The position numbers and the translations under genes were made by a program. Of a stretch of DNA of 64,000 bases, positions 36,001 through 51,000 are shown one piece after another; the stretch's first letter is position 1; every line of letters begins with the position of its first letter. Origin of the DNA: an uncultured Planctomycetales bacterium (GTDB lineage Bacteria; Omnitrophota; Gorgyraeia; Gygaellales; Profunditerraquicolaceae); NCBI GenBank assembly GCA_964603585.1, contig CAZRVK010000003.1, positions 3,693-67,692 on the forward strand, in the 5' to 3' direction. The notes under the pieces were generated by a model. It was not told the origin of the DNA. It ran no database searches and saw only the letters and a program-made list of their open reading frames with translations.

Positions 36001-39000
36001 TCCCTGCCAGGATAAACAGCAGCTTTTTTATCTTTTAGGAGTAAGAAATTTTAGACAGCTTCAACAAAGGATCCGTGCCCGCCGGCTGGTAACCCGCGAG
36101 ATCATTCTTTTATTAAGAGGGTTCATGTTTACCCGGTTTAAGATGCTGGGGAGGATGGTCAGGATGCCGGAAAATGCCGCCAGCAAAGCAATGAAAGCGG
36201 TATGCCTTCAGGCGTTATGCCAGATAAATAAGTTTGATCCGGCATCTTTTTCTAAGGCGTTGTTCGAACTTGACCAGAGTGATGGGGAGCAATTACGAAA
36301 AGCAAAGGTTTCAATAAACCTGTTGCCGATGATACGGGAAGCGGTTGAGGCAACCGAAGCCGTAACCACTGGCTCGCATGGGATCAGTGCTTTTAGCCAG
36401 TCGCAAGGCGCCGCGCTTTATCCGGGCCTGGCTAAAGAGTTCAGGTTTATGCGCCGGGCGATATTTACTATCGCTGCCGAATATATTAAAGTTTCGGGAA
36501 AGATCCTGGGCCCGCCGAGCAGGATGGCGATCGCCAGGAATATAAAAGGCAATATTTGGAATATTAAGGGAAAAGAAAAATATGCCAGAATAGTTTTAAG
36601 GAATGCCGGTTACAGCAATCGCGAAATCGCATTTATTATTACGCAGATCAAAATCCACGAATCTTATCCTACCGAAGAAAAAGCCCTTCGCGCCCAGGCA
36701 GTTTACTTTATCCTTCTACGCTTGAATTATCCTAAACCAGCCATCCAGCGCATTAGTACAGAATTCATGAAGACCATGAGTATCCTGGATTTTGAGTATT
36801 GCCGCAGAAAAATAAATTCAAGGAACATGCCAAAGTCAAAGAACGCTTTATTGGCGCTTATGGGATTATTGCGCGATTTAGGGTTTCATAATAGCCGGCA
36901 CCCCCGGCCATTGATCAAGATGCTTGTTACTGCCCTTAATCACCGGGATATATTTAAACTGCTGGATAAATCCAGTATCCCCTCCAGGGATATTATAAGA
37001 ACAAAGAGGATGCTTGTATCTTGTGCTGCGTTATCGCAGTTGGCATATATACTTTTGGTGCTTTTCGGAATGAATGTGCGCGGAGCGCATGTGTATAATC
37101 CTTTGCGTCTGACTTCGGATCACGCTTTAACTGTTATACCGTTAAAGGGTAAAAGAATGTTGTTTGCCGATTTCTCCCTGGGGGTGGCCAGAGAGATCGA
37201 TATGGAGAAGTATTACCGTAAGGAAGGTAAATACTGGGTGATAAAGAAGGAATTACGATATAAGAAACCGCAGTTAAAAGAGATAAAAAAAGCGTACCGT
37301 AAAAAAGCCGCCAATTCAATGCCCGATCAAGATCTGCTCAATCTTTATTATTTTGCCGTGCAGGTCACAAATGGTCGTGCTTTGACCCCGGTGATGCATG
37401 TTAATCTCGGAGTTGCTTATTTAGAAGCCTCTGCAGGTGATAAGTCTAAAGCCAGGTCCCAGAGGATGATATTAAGCGCTATTCGGCATTTTAACCTATC
37501 GCGCGCTATGGAGCCGTCAAATGCGATCCCATCCAATCTTTTAGGGCTGTCTTATAATTATCTGCGCTGGTATAAAGAAGCCGCCGCTGCATATAAGACC
37601 GCCATTCGGCAATACCCCAGTTTTTCCTCGGCTTTATTTGGCCTGGCTTTTGTTTGCAGTAAAATGAACCTCCCGGCTAACAGGGTCATGGGCTTTCTGA
37701 TCAAGGCGGTGCGCAATAATCCGGTTTATTTGAATGGGTTGACTAAAAACTTAAGGAAATTCATCAGGGGGCGGATTGCTTCTACCGGAGGATTTTCCGC
37801 TATAAGGCCGTTTCCCGGGTATATGTTCGATCCTCGCGGCCAAAGGACCAGGATCAAGCAGGCGGCAGTTTTACCTGCGAAATATGTCTCTTCCAGAGGT
37901 GAATTGTCCTATGAGGGGGAAATAGCGCTAAGAGGTGATTTGAAGAAATCAGGATATACCAAGGATAAAAGGGATGCGTTCATCGCAAATTTCCGCAGAT
38001 TTAATAAATTTTATGCTTTAGCTTGCAGTAAATCCCAGGGGCAGATCCCCAACATCAGCAGTCATCTGGTATTTTATACCGGGCTTACCTTTGGCCTTTA
38101 TTTTGGGATGCAAAAGGTTGGGCTGCATGCCTGGTTCTTTGACGGGACATTGGAGAATAAAGGCGTAACGCCGGCAGGGGTAAATTTAACCGCTTTAATG
38201 ACCCGGGCACACGAAGAATGGGAGGCGCAGGATTTTGACCATGCCGAGATCATTATAAAACAGGCGGCATTATTCCTGGCCTGGCCGGCTAAGTGGCAGC
38301 AGGAATTTTTAGGCGCTTTGGAGATCATTGAGCCCAGAAGACAATGCCAGTATAATCTCTTCTTTTTCTCAAGGCTAAAACAATCTTTTGACCTCCAGCG
38401 TAACGAACTCAAAAAACATTCTTTAGGGTATCGCCTGGAGGTTATTTTAAAAAATGGAGAAGTCAGGTATGGATATAATCTTTTGCTTGATTTTGCTGAC
38501 CAGATCCCGCGTTACTTGAGCTCGCAGGTTTATAGCGGTACTCCCAGGAAAATAGATTATTGTGATTTAGAAAGATTTTATGGCGCGGGATTGATCCATG
38601 ATGTGCTGGCGATAAGAGAAACTTTACCCGATGAGAATTTACGCTATGTTTTAGGATATATCCTGGATACGGCAAGGCTTGCCTGGACCAAAGAACAGAT
38701 CATGCACATCGCATCACTGCTTGTAAGATATCGCTCTCTTGCGGGATTCAGGCAGGCGATGGGAGTTTTAACGAATGAAGTAGAGCCAGGGGTAATGGGA
38801 GTGCTAAGGGAGTTGGTTTATTATTCCCAGGCGGTCCAAAAGATAAAAAGGATGACCGGCGGCGACGTCCAGGATATTGCTATGCGGGCAACGGTTAATG
38901 ATGATCTTGGGATCTGCACGGATATTGATTTTGTCTTTCGCCTGCGTAACAGCGCTTTGCGCCAGTTCCGGGATGGCATTTATTGGTTCCAGGCGTCTTT

Positions 39001-42000
39001 GCATCCGCAAAACGGAAAAGGGGTCATGGGAATCCGGACAATGGACCGGGCAATGCAGGCTTTACGCAGTAATGGTACTATAACGCCTCAAGAGATCGAT
39101 ATGAATTCGATTGTTTCAGGAAAGAGTAAATTTATCCGGGGTATTATTTTTGCCTATGACCAAGTCCGGGTAAGAGGCCGTAATGTCGAGTTAGAAGAAG
39201 TTTATGCCAAGGAGATCGCCCAAACTAATGCACTTGTGAAAGTTAAGCCGCATTGTTTTGGCATAGATGAATCCAAATATCTGCCTAAGCCGGTATTAAA
39301 CGAGGAAATTGCCGCGCAGGAAGATGGTGGCGAGATTATTAGTGGTAATGTATCCGGTTTTTCCCCGCAAGGTTCAGGGGTATTGATCTTGGCAGCAGTT
39401 ATTATTGCCGTAGTGTTTATAACACTGCCCAGGATATTAAAACGTAGAAATAATGACCATGTCGTTACTAAGCCTTCTGCATTAGATGGTATTCTGGATG
39501 ATTTGTTTGTTGCTCCAGTAAGAAGGCAATTTGAGCAGATCAAAAGGGAAGTTGAACAGAAAGATACAGGTAAGGATAAGAATGATCATACCCCGCATGC
39601 GTTAGGGTTAGGCATTTATGCGCCAGGCGGAGAAATGGATCCTGCTGCGGAGTCCCGCACCGTAAGTGTTTTAAAACAGATCCAGGAGCAAAAAAGAGTT
39701 GTTTCGTATTCGGCTTTACCCGCAGAACTCATCAGTTGGATAGAGGAAAAACCGGAGATTGCGCGCTTGTTGCAGAATGAGAGGGTCGGTATCATTTTAC
39801 CGGATAAAAATATGCAGCAGAGAGCCCCGCCTTTTATCTGGTATGAATCACGTACGCGCTTTTTAGCCGCGGTTACTCTCGAGGGCAATATTTATATACC
39901 TTTTCAGCTTTTAATCCTACTTCTTCTTAATTCCCAATACCGCCTGTTAGTAAATGTTATTGAGCATGAGTTCAGGCATTTGTCCGCATGCCCGGAAGAT
40001 ATCGATGCGGCTGTAGAATTATCCCGTGCTTTGCGTAAATTCACGTTTCAGCATAGGGTGTACGGAAGAAGATTATACCTGGGGAATGTTTTTTCGGCAA
40101 AAGAAAAGGTGTGGATCGAACATGCCTCTGGGGATTCTTTCACTATTTTTACTCAATCGCAGTTGGATGCATATATTAAAGAAGTCGAACAGGATATTTA
40201 TAACAGTAATGATGAAGATACTAAACTCGAATCCGAGATCTTATTTTATGCTTCTCTTTTTGAAGCTGAGGTTAATCAAAAAGGGGAAGTTCTACTGCCG
40301 GAAGCATGGAGTAATTATTTCGGCAACAGGAGGCGGTTTTTATTTTGTACGTACTCGTATGGGATAGAGGCCACGGCCTTAAGGGATTTTAACTATGACC
40401 TGGAGGCCAAGGCGTTTTACCTGCAGGTTTATCGGGCAAATGGTTTGTCCGGGGATATTACCGGTCTGCTTGAACATATTCGCCGAGGAGGGATCACGGC
40501 ATCCAGGATCTCCGACAAGTTAGGATTAAGTTATGCGGAAAAAGAAAAATTGGCATTGGCTTTTGCCCTGCATGATCTGGGAAAGATGCATAATAATGAG
40601 TTGTGGCAGATCATTAATTCCGACAGGGTGATCCCCCGTGATCCGGAAAACCCGGAAAGGAAATTGCTTAGCCGGCATGCGGATTTTTCCGTTGAGATCG
40701 TGCAGGAATTAGGGTTGGGGGTTTGTGAAGATGTTTTAACTCTGGTTAAATATCACCATCATCCGGAAGCTATAGGGGATGAAAGGCTGCGGTATCTCGC
40801 CGAGATCATTTATTGGGCGGATGTTACCGATGCCCTGGTTGCAGTAAGGCCATATCAGAATCCGGAGTGGGAGGTTGAGTCCAGACAGGATTTTCATGAA
40901 ACTATTTTACGCATGCATAAAAATGCTTTTAGCATGGGGATATGCCATACTCAAGATGTTTTTGACGCTTTATGCGGTTTTGCATTTAGCTCTGAATATC
41001 CCGGACTTTATCCGGAAATACCTCATTTATCCGCGATAGGCGGTTTTGCCTTTGCTCCGGAGGCAATAGCCATAATGCTGGTTTTGTCGGCTGTCTTCGT
41101 AGCGGTGCGGATCATTTCTGGGAAAAGCCGTATGCGCGCAAGTGCCGTTAATAGTGCGGGTAGCCCTGTTCTGGCCTCAAGTGCCGCTTTAGATGATCTT
41201 ATACAGATGGGGTTGTATCCAGAAAAGGTTAATAGCCCGGGGAATATTCATGTAGATGTAGAAACGGCTGGGGTATCCGGGGATGAAACTTTACGTAGTT
41301 ATCTTGGTGAAGTTGTAAAGCCCGGGATGCTTGTAGCTGATGTCGGTGCAGCGCGCGGCGCAAGGGCGCTTGTTTCGGCGCGCCTTGGAGCTGAAGTTGA
41401 TGCGATTGAGATACATTATTCGACCCTGGAAGAAGCCAGGTTACGCATCTCGAAAGAACCTCCCGAGACAGCAAAACGGATCAATCTGGTTTTGAGTGAT
41501 TTATTTGCTAACCCTGTTCTTTCCGAAAAGCGTTATGACATAATTGTATTTTCTCCCCAGGTTGTCAACGAAAGAGAGCCGGCGACTGATCCGGATCTGC
41601 TGCGGATCATCGAAGACCCAGGGTTCAGGCTTATTTCCAGGTTCTTAGAGGCAAGCCGGGATCATTTAAGGCCCGGAGGGAAATTGATCGTCGGTTATGG
41701 CTGGCAGGATTATTCTTACGATGACGGTTTTGTTTTTGGCGGAGGCCTTCAGACATTAGAAAGAGTGGGAGGCGCCTGGTGGAATATACAGCGCGTAGTT
41801 TCAAGGGAAAGTTTGCTTTTTGCGGTCTATGAATTAACGCTGAAAGAAACACAGCCTGCGGACAACTCGGTTGTAAGCTTTAAGAATGTTTTTCCATTTA
41901 CATACGATCGGGATGGGAAGCATCGTCAGCGTATTTTAGATTCGGATAGGATTGTGAGTTTAGACGTTGAATTTAGCCTGCCCGTAGAAAAAGAGTTGGT

Positions 42001-45000
42001 ACGGGTAAACCTGCATTACGGCAGGCCGGATGCAAGCGGCGCATGGCAGGATTTAGGGGATTTAGAAGGGAGATGTTTTGCCATAAATGCAAAAGAATAC
42101 TGGGTTTGCTTTGATCTGCCATGCGGGTTTGAAGGCAATGCCTATACGATTTGTGCATCCTGGGATGCCGGACGGTCTTGGCAATGGATGGGATGGCAGC
42201 AGGATATATTTACCGACGTTAAAGCGGATCTGGATGGAAGAAATTGTGATTTAGTGCTTTTGCCCCATAAAGAAATAGATATCACTAAGATTGAAGCAGT
42301 AGTAAGAAGTTTCGGTTTTTCGACATGCCTGGCGAATGCCAGTATGCTTATTTATTTATTGCGTCAAAAAGGTGAAAAGGCCTGCTTAGGAGGGATGTTC
42401 CGTAAGGGTGAGGATCAGCCGTTTCAATATATTGCCTTAACAGAAAAATGGGGGGAAAGGGATATCAGCCCTTATGATGAGGATTGCGATGATTATGAAC
42501 GCACAGAGGAAGTATTAAATGATGATTATCAAAGAGGGGTATCGTATTTAGCAGATAATGGTTTTCTCCGCCAGGCAGAAGAAAGACTGGCTATGCAGGA
42601 AGAGCCGGGACAGCTGTTTGTTTCGGGGATACAGATGGATTTAGCTACTACCAGCCTGATGTTGGGGTTATTTATAGCCTTACTTTTGGCCCTCCGCTTT
42701 GAATATTTCCGTCAGTACGTTTTAATAATTATCGCACGGGAGCATTTCAAGAGGGCCGTAGCTTTGATCCGTAAAGCCCAAGGCGATGAGAAAGTCGCTT
42801 ATGACCTGATCGATAAGCTTCTAGAGGTGATAAGAATAAACAGAGCTGCCGATGCATACGTTTATCAAGAAGGCAGAAGGCTGGTTAATTTGGCCAGAAG
42901 GTATATCAGGGAACGTGATATAGCGGTAAGTAAGGCGCTGGGACTTATGAGGGAAGATTATTATATGAGCCTGGAAGATGTTGTTTTTGGGCGTAATGTC
43001 CCTGATGAGGTGTGCCTGCAATTTGAGCGTTTATCGAAGATAAGCAAGGATCGCTGCCTTTGTTTATCACAGGTCGAAGAAGAGATGTGCCAAATCAAAG
43101 ATGGTATCCTTTTTCTTGCCTACTCCTTATCTCAACCAAAAGGCGGCCCGGAAGATAATCCCAGCTGCCTGGCTTTTTCCCTGCCGGTATTTATTCCAGG
43201 TATATTGCTATTTTCGGTAATGGCATTTTTACTAATGGCTGGGTTTGTGTTCTGTTTAGGTTCTACAACTTCGGCTGTGGCAAATCGGCTACGCCTTTCT
43301 AAGAATGAGATATCCGTCAGTGATTGGCGCATGATCATTCAAAGCATTGAGCAGACTACCCCTATCATGCAGGAGAAGATCCGGACAGGGTATTGGGCAG
43401 ATTTTTCCGGCACTTATAATATTGCAGAGTTCAATCACCTGGAAAATGTTTTAGTAAGGATCCTGCGCCCATGGTTAAGGATAAATCCTGCCGCAAGGAT
43501 AATCGACGTTGCTTCCGGTAAAGGCGAATGGAGTGCTTTGCTTAAATCAGTGTTTTTCCCCGATATCCAGGTGCAGAATGTAGATAGCGTTGTGCTTGAT
43601 AAGACAGCGGAGGGTTTTATCCAGGCTGATGCGGAGAGGTTAACGGATATTTTCCCGCCAGGCGCATTTGATATAGTTATGATTATCTGCGGATTGGAAT
43701 ATATGGATCGTGATCGCCTGATGCAGCAGTTTTTGAGGATTGTGCGCCCCGGAGGGCACATAATCTTGGTTCTACACCACCCTGCGTCATTTATCATCAG
43801 CGAAATGAAGGATTTCTATGCGGAAAATGAAACCGGGATCAGGCTTATTGGGAATGCACTTAGGTTGCTGAATAAAAAGCCTGGGGAATTACCCTTTGGG
43901 CCTGCATGGTTAGAGGAATACGAGCAATATGTGCGCCGGTTGCACTCTATGACCGAAAACGGGCCGCATAATATCTACCTGGGAATGCTCTCTAAGGCAT
44001 TAGGCCAAATATATGACGGCCGCGTTCCTTATCAAGATCTTGGGATGAGTGAATCCGAGCTCCTTAAAGTTATTTCTAATTGGTTTCGGCTCGGTAAAAA
44101 GCTTTATGAGGAAGCACAAAAAGAGGTTTACAAGCTTTTGAGGGATGGCGCGGTCTTTCAATCAGAAGAAGAGATCCGTGATTTTATTGCCAAACATGAC
44201 AAAAGGGTCATAACCCGCACTTCTATTCTGCAATGTGCAGGTAGTCCACTTGTTTATGTGGTTGAAATGGATATCCCTTCTTCAGTGCAGGTTTCTATGA
44301 ATTCAGCGCTTACTATTCCTATATTCAGTATTTTACCAGAGCCATTTTTTGTGCTTACGGTCATAATTATTTATTTATTGCTTAAAATACCAGGCAGGCA
44401 TGCATTCTCTGAAGATAAAATACTTGCACCATCAAAACCAGTGGATATTGATCGAGCACCTCTTGGGAGGCTGGAGGAAAGATTAAAACGCGGTAAGAAA
44501 ACCATTACCTTTGAACTGCTTGCGCCTCGTAAAGATAATATCCCGGACCGGCAGCGCTTCCAGGAACAAAAAGAGCTTTATAACAGGTTGTACGCAGAAG
44601 GCCTGATCGATGGGGTAACTATACCTGATGCGCCTAATCCAGGAGTTTTTGGGGTGTGGTTTATTAATCTGATTTGTAAGTTATTCCCCAATAGGTTCAA
44701 GACCATGAAAGTAATAAATAAACATATCGGCCGTTTCCAGGATCCTCTGGAAACAGGGTTTTCTGATATTTCCGGGTATTTTGCTACTATCGCGGCACAG
44801 TTGCGGAGCCGCGGCCAAATAGAGAAACGCATAAAAAGTTTCTCCGATCAGGGGGTAAAGGTAATCTTATTTGTTTCAGGCAGCCATCCATTACGCCTTT
44901 TACCCGGGGCTTCATGGAGTATTGCGCGAATGAATGCCTTTAAGATGCTTGAATTGGCTACCAGGATGCAAAGACAGGGCAAGATCCCCAGCGATATCCA

Positions 45001-48000
45001 ATTATGCGTAGCGGCCAATCCTCATGGCGAACCATTAAGGCATGATACGATCCTTAATTGCCTGGATAAAGAATCGCGGGGAGCAACGAATGTTTTCTTA
45101 CAGCCGAGGCTGCTTGAGAAACGCACGGATCTGATTGTAAAGCAAATTGCGGAAACAGGATTACAGGTGATCGTGGGCATGCCGCTTATTACTTCGTTAC
45201 TGAACTTAGAATTCTGGTTTTGGCTTGTAGGCAGGCCTAAGGAGGCCTTAGCAGAGAACAGCGCTTTAAAAGACTGGTCAGAAAAAGAGGCTGGCCATGG
45301 TATCAATGATTTTATAGTGCAATGGAATTTAACGCAGATGGCGAATGCCTGGAGAAAGCACAGTGTTCATTGTATGCCTTTATCCGGATGGAAATATGTG
45401 GAGCCTGTTTTAAGGGGTTCAGGTATTTCGATGCCGGCACGTATTTCAGAGGATAAAGCCGCTGCCGATAAGGATTTACCGGCTTTGGCTAAGGTGGAAG
45501 ATGTTTCAGGAGTTTCTGATACGGTCCGGTTAAGTGGTTTTGCCCAGGAGTATGTGCGGGAAGCGATCTGCCAGGCAGCTAAATTAATACCGCAAAATGA
45601 TCCTATGCTTCGGCGTGTTCTCGAAGAGATGACGGCAATTGAAATCAGGGCAGGGCCTTTATCCGAGCCGGGAAATATGATTTGCGGCCAAACCCTTTAT
45701 TTGCATGACTCCCTCCTTGATGCGGCAAATCGCAGTGAATTATTCCGTTTTTTAATCATCCAGGCTCATCGGCTGGCGGATCCTCTTCTTAGCGAAGAAG
45801 GGCACCGGTCATTTGCGCAGGCCTGTATTACTCCTTTAGAAGATCAATTAAAAGCAAATTTCATTGGTGCATCCAGCGGCAGTGCGTTTATTGTCAGGAA
45901 ATCCGGTATGGTCATAGACCATCTTTATGCCATGCTTTATGCCAGAAGGGGGTTAATTGAACGTGTCAGAACGCAAAAAGGCAACGCCGGCCGCGTATAT
46001 TCTGGCGCGGTAGTTGTCCGGTATGGTGCATTTCAGGTCACGCCGGCTAAGGTAATAAGAGACCTTATTGGATTTGCAGGAATTGGTGTAAACACGCGGT
46101 TATTTGATTTCGGCTGCGGGGATGGCTGGACATCTTTGCGCCTGGCGGCGTATGGCGCGATAGTTAATGCCGCAGAAGTCGAATTAGACTGGAGCGCAAT
46201 GGCTATAGACGCTGTAGAAACCTTGAGAGTATGGAGCAGGTTAATACAGGATCCCGCTTTACGCACTGCGTTAGAAAATGTTTGTAATACTGTTTCGATA
46301 CAGCGCCAGGATCTACTGCTGCAACAAGTGGATTATTCCGGGTATGATATTGTCTATATTTATTATCCGGAACCGTCTGTTCAGCAAGAAGATTTTCTCC
46401 GCGGGGTGAGCCGGGTGCTTACCCATCCTGATTTTGGAATGAACCCAAATGCTCGGTTAGTGGTTGTCCGGCAGCGCGCAACCAATCCTCCGTTATTCCC
46501 TGGATTCAAGCTTTTGCCGGAAGAAAAAACAATAATTACTACTGATGTGGATTCAGCTCCGGTGTATGTTGACCGTATGGAAGAATGCACCATGTATAAA
46601 TATAAAAGAGATGCAGTTAATGCACCTGCATCTCATCCTGCAGAGAAAAACCAGTGTTTATTGCCGATCGTGGCTACTCTTTCCATCTTCATCGTAGCTA
46701 TGGCAGTAATCGCTTTTATTATTCATCGTATTGCCCATATGAAAAGCGCCTCAAGCGGCCTGCGTGAGAAAATCGATCATGTAATGACACTACTGTTTTT
46801 ACTGGTGCCGATGGCGGGGCTTCCCATTGTCATGATCATCGGATTGTTTGAAGGGCCGGTGGGCCAGGTGGTTTTTGGCACGGTTTTTATCCTTTGTCTT
46901 GCAGCCTCGGCAGTATATACGTTATACAATCTTTTTGAGGGTATTTATGAATCACATGCAGAGCGCAGTAATGATATTGCAGCTGCTAAAAAAGAAGCGG
47001 CAAAGACAATGGAGCAAGAATTTGCATTGTTTTATCCTCTAACCTGGATATTCTTTGCACTTGCTATATTTGGGATCGGCACTTTAATCATAACGCGGGC
47101 GCCTGAATTATTATCTTGGGCGAAAAGCAGGAACTCCGCACGCCTGATTTATAGGTCCGCATATCTGCCTACCGATGATTTAGACGATATTATGCGCGCC
47201 GCCCGCAGGATAATTGCGATGAGGAATAAAAAACAGGTGAGTGCGCGTCTTGCTGAAAAGTATGTCAGTGATTTATATGTGCGGTTCCTTTATTTCGACT
47301 CCGGATTGGATCATTCCCGGCAGCGTTATCCGGTAGCGGCCATGATCGTTGATGAGGATGGTTTTGTGGTGGCAAAAGGTATGCGTTTCAGTATCCGGGG
47401 AGAAAGGGATTTTGTGCATTCTGAAAGGGCGGCAATCATGAATGCCTCAAGGAGTGTCCGTCAAACATTTGCAAATTGCACGCTTGTAACGACCATGGAA
47501 CCGTGTTTTCGTTGTTCGCAATTGATCAATCGGTGTAATTTCCGCGCTGTCGTTATCGGAAGCCTGGAAAATAATATCGCTATGTTTGGCAATAGTTTTC
47601 AGGTGGTAAATAACGCTAATACAAGGATAATCCCTGTTACTTCACGGAAAACGCAGTTGCTTTGCCGTTCGGGGTATCGGGACAGGGATATCCTTTGGCA
47701 GGAACGCGGACTTCTTATCCCAATGAATATTTGGCGGGAACATATATATTTCCTTGCCGCATATTTTTCTTATCGTTACTTCGGGTTTCTTCCGGGAGGT
47801 TTTGCGGTTAAAGCGAAGAAACGTCATGCTCTGAATTGTTTGATCATGGCATTACGGGAAGCATACAGGGTTGGGAATCCCAGCCAGGTTGGGTTCCTTT
47901 CCTCATTCCTGATGCATTTATTCCTTCCTGGTTACAATGTTAAGGGGCTTGCGCTTATGTTCAGTCCGTATTTGGGATGGATACGCAAGCACCTGACAGA

Positions 48001-51000
48001 TAAATATGTCGATCAGTTTAACCACATCCCATTTGCTATTGTTTTGATCGGATTAGAACAATATCGCAATTCCGCCCGCGGCCTGCTTTTAGAGCAGCAT
48101 TTAGTTAAAAAAGAAAATCTTTGGGAGTTAACCGGTATTGACAGGGATGAAGACGTTTATTTAAAAACCCCGCACGGGAATAAATTATTGGCAAGGCAAA
48201 GTGCATTAGAAGAGCTCTCTTGTCCTGATATCTTAATTGTCACCCGTATGATCGCCAGAGTCATGAAATACTTAAGGGAAAGAAAGAAACATAATGGAGA
48301 TAAGCGCTTGCCGCAGGCTGGTAACAACGGGTGTGATCCGTCTTCTTTTGCTCTTATGCCTCTATTCCCGGCGGTTTCTGCGATCGTGGCATTGATCGCT
48401 GTCTCCTGGGTGGTAAGCGCCGGGCTGGGGGTTAGGATGTATGCAGGGGAGGATATTTTTACTCCGGTTGGTGTATTAAAAGAGCAGATCATTGATTTAG
48501 TCAAGGATGGCTGGAATGATTCATTGAAGTTACGCTGGGAACTACGTTTTGCCCATTATCAGGAATTCATTAAACATGCCGCGGCGATAAATGAAGCGAC
48601 CATTGATTTACTAAAAGACCCTGATTTTTGCCTGTCGCATCCCGGGTTCCTCAAACAGGCGTTATCTACCAGGATCGCCATGATAGACCAGGATATTATC
48701 CCGGTCTATAAAGGCGGATATGTCGCCGGGCTTTCCGGAAAAGGCAAGGCGGTAGTAAAGAATGCGAAAATAGAGATAAACCGCAGGCAGTCCGGGATAC
48801 GTGCTATGCGGATACTTTTGCAGTTAATGAGCCCCCGCCAGGATTGGTTTATTCCTTTACCGAAGCGTACCCTTTCTCCTTATACGGTGAGCATGTATAA
48901 GAAAATGTTTTTTTCTCCCACCCTTGGATGTTCGGCGCAATGCGACCATTGTTATCTTGCAGCGCCTTTCTGCGTGCATTCTATGCCTTGGCCGTGGATC
49001 AGCCAGATAAAAAATGCCCGGGCTTGCTGCGGGCTTATCTGGCAATTGGGTGATTATTGGCGGGATTATTATGATTGGGTATTTATGAAATCGGCCCCGC
49101 ATTTGGTGCGGGAGTTCTTTTGCGGACAAAATTCTCATTCCGTATTGCGCCAGACGATGAGTACCTGCGGTATCCGCCCTGGATCTGTTACTGCATATTA
49201 TTTGGATCAAGGATGCCTTACTTTCGGCCAGCGCAGCCCCTGGCATCAACTACAGGTGAGTATTACTCCCAGCGTAGAAACCAGGATCCTTGGGCACAGG
49301 TATGAAGAATTTTTGAGGTACAACGCCGCCTTATTAAAAGGCTTGGAGCCTGTCGGCTGTGTGGTTTCATATACCCATTACCGGATACAAAGGGATGGGG
49401 AAACAAACCGGCTTAGCGCTGAACAGATCCGTCAGATAACCGGGATCTTATGTAAAGAACATAAGATCGAAATGTGTGGGCGCCTGGCGCAATTACAAGA
49501 TCGGGGGGTTGAATTCTTTTGCAGCGGGGAAAGTTTTATCGATCCGCTGGCGGTGTTTAAATATACTCTTGCCGGTGATACGCTTCTTGCCGATGGGAGT
49601 ATTATTGATCCGCATTTCCATGCCAATAAGAACGGGAATACAGAATATGTTTTACTTTCGCATTCGCCTGGGAAGGAGTTATGCCTAAGTTGTTCGGCTG
49701 CCTGCCCGAAAAGAGAGTCTTGTTTATTGAACCACGGTTTAACTGCAACTGGAGGTGTTAGCCCAAATTACGCTTTCCTGCCCTTGGCAATGTTTTCGGC
49801 AGGCGTTACAGTATTGTTTTTATCCGGGGTATTAATATTTTTGATGAGGCCTCTATTTGCATGGAGCCTGTTCGGGTGGTTTAAAAGCAGTAAAAATAAA
49901 CCTGAACCGGCAGAAAAAAACCCGGCAGTTAATGAGCCGGTTGAGCAAGAACAAGTCAATATGGTAGTTGCACAATTCAAGGAGTTGATCCGGTTAATTA
50001 AAGGTATAACTAACTCCGCAGAAAGACACAAAATAATAAAACTGATCGTACGGATCGTTGATGTCCATTATCAATGCAGAGAAGCAACTAACTTAATGGA
50101 TAAAGAGGCGGTTAGGGCCAGGTTAGATGAATTTCTTACGCTTACTCCGGGCGATATTTTTATGGCGATTAAATCAATGCCTTCACTAAAAGCAGCAGCT
50201 TTTAGCGATACTGTCCAAAAACAACTGCTTGGTTTGCACCAACAGGCTTTAGCGGTTACCGGAGAATCAAAAGCTAATAAGCCGGCTGAAACATTAAGGC
50301 TTGATAATGTTGATTTATCCGCATTTGGCGATGATGAGTCATCAGGCCTGGCAGGGAGTGAGGATAGTGATACGTATCCAGTTACAAAAACCGCGCCTTT
50401 TGACAGGGATTTAACTGCCGAAGAAAAGGGTTTTATTCAGGAGAAAATAGCACAGTTCATAAAAGAAGGCAAATCCAGGGCATTTGACCAGGATAATTAT
50501 GATTCTCTATCGGATGCACTTCTTAAAATAATAAGTAATTCATTGAGTGCGCAATATCCGCAGGCCGCAAACACCGTCTTTACCTTAACCAAGGAACTGT
50601 TAAGCCGATCTCAAGCGGTTTTAGAAAAAAGGGTCAGGGCTTTATGGAAACGCCTGCCGTCTATTTCCAAGAAAAGCATTATCGAGGGAGTAACTGATCT
50701 TATTGAATTGTTTATTTTATTAAAGACAGGAATAGCTGATCTAAGTGATGTCGAGGCGGCGAATAAGGATATAAGCCAGGCAATGGCCCTGGTTTTAGCG
50801 GGTAAGAAGACCCTTAAAGAGGTTATTGATGAAACTTGCAAACAAAAGTCTTTGATCTCGGAGGGGATGCGGTTTGAGGTGTTCGTATCTCTTTTCTTGG
50901 CACTGCATAAGATCCCCATATACTGTAATGACGGCAAACTACGCAGGATACGCGGTGTTTTTATCGAAAACGGGGATAGCCTTGGTTTTGCCAGGACAAA

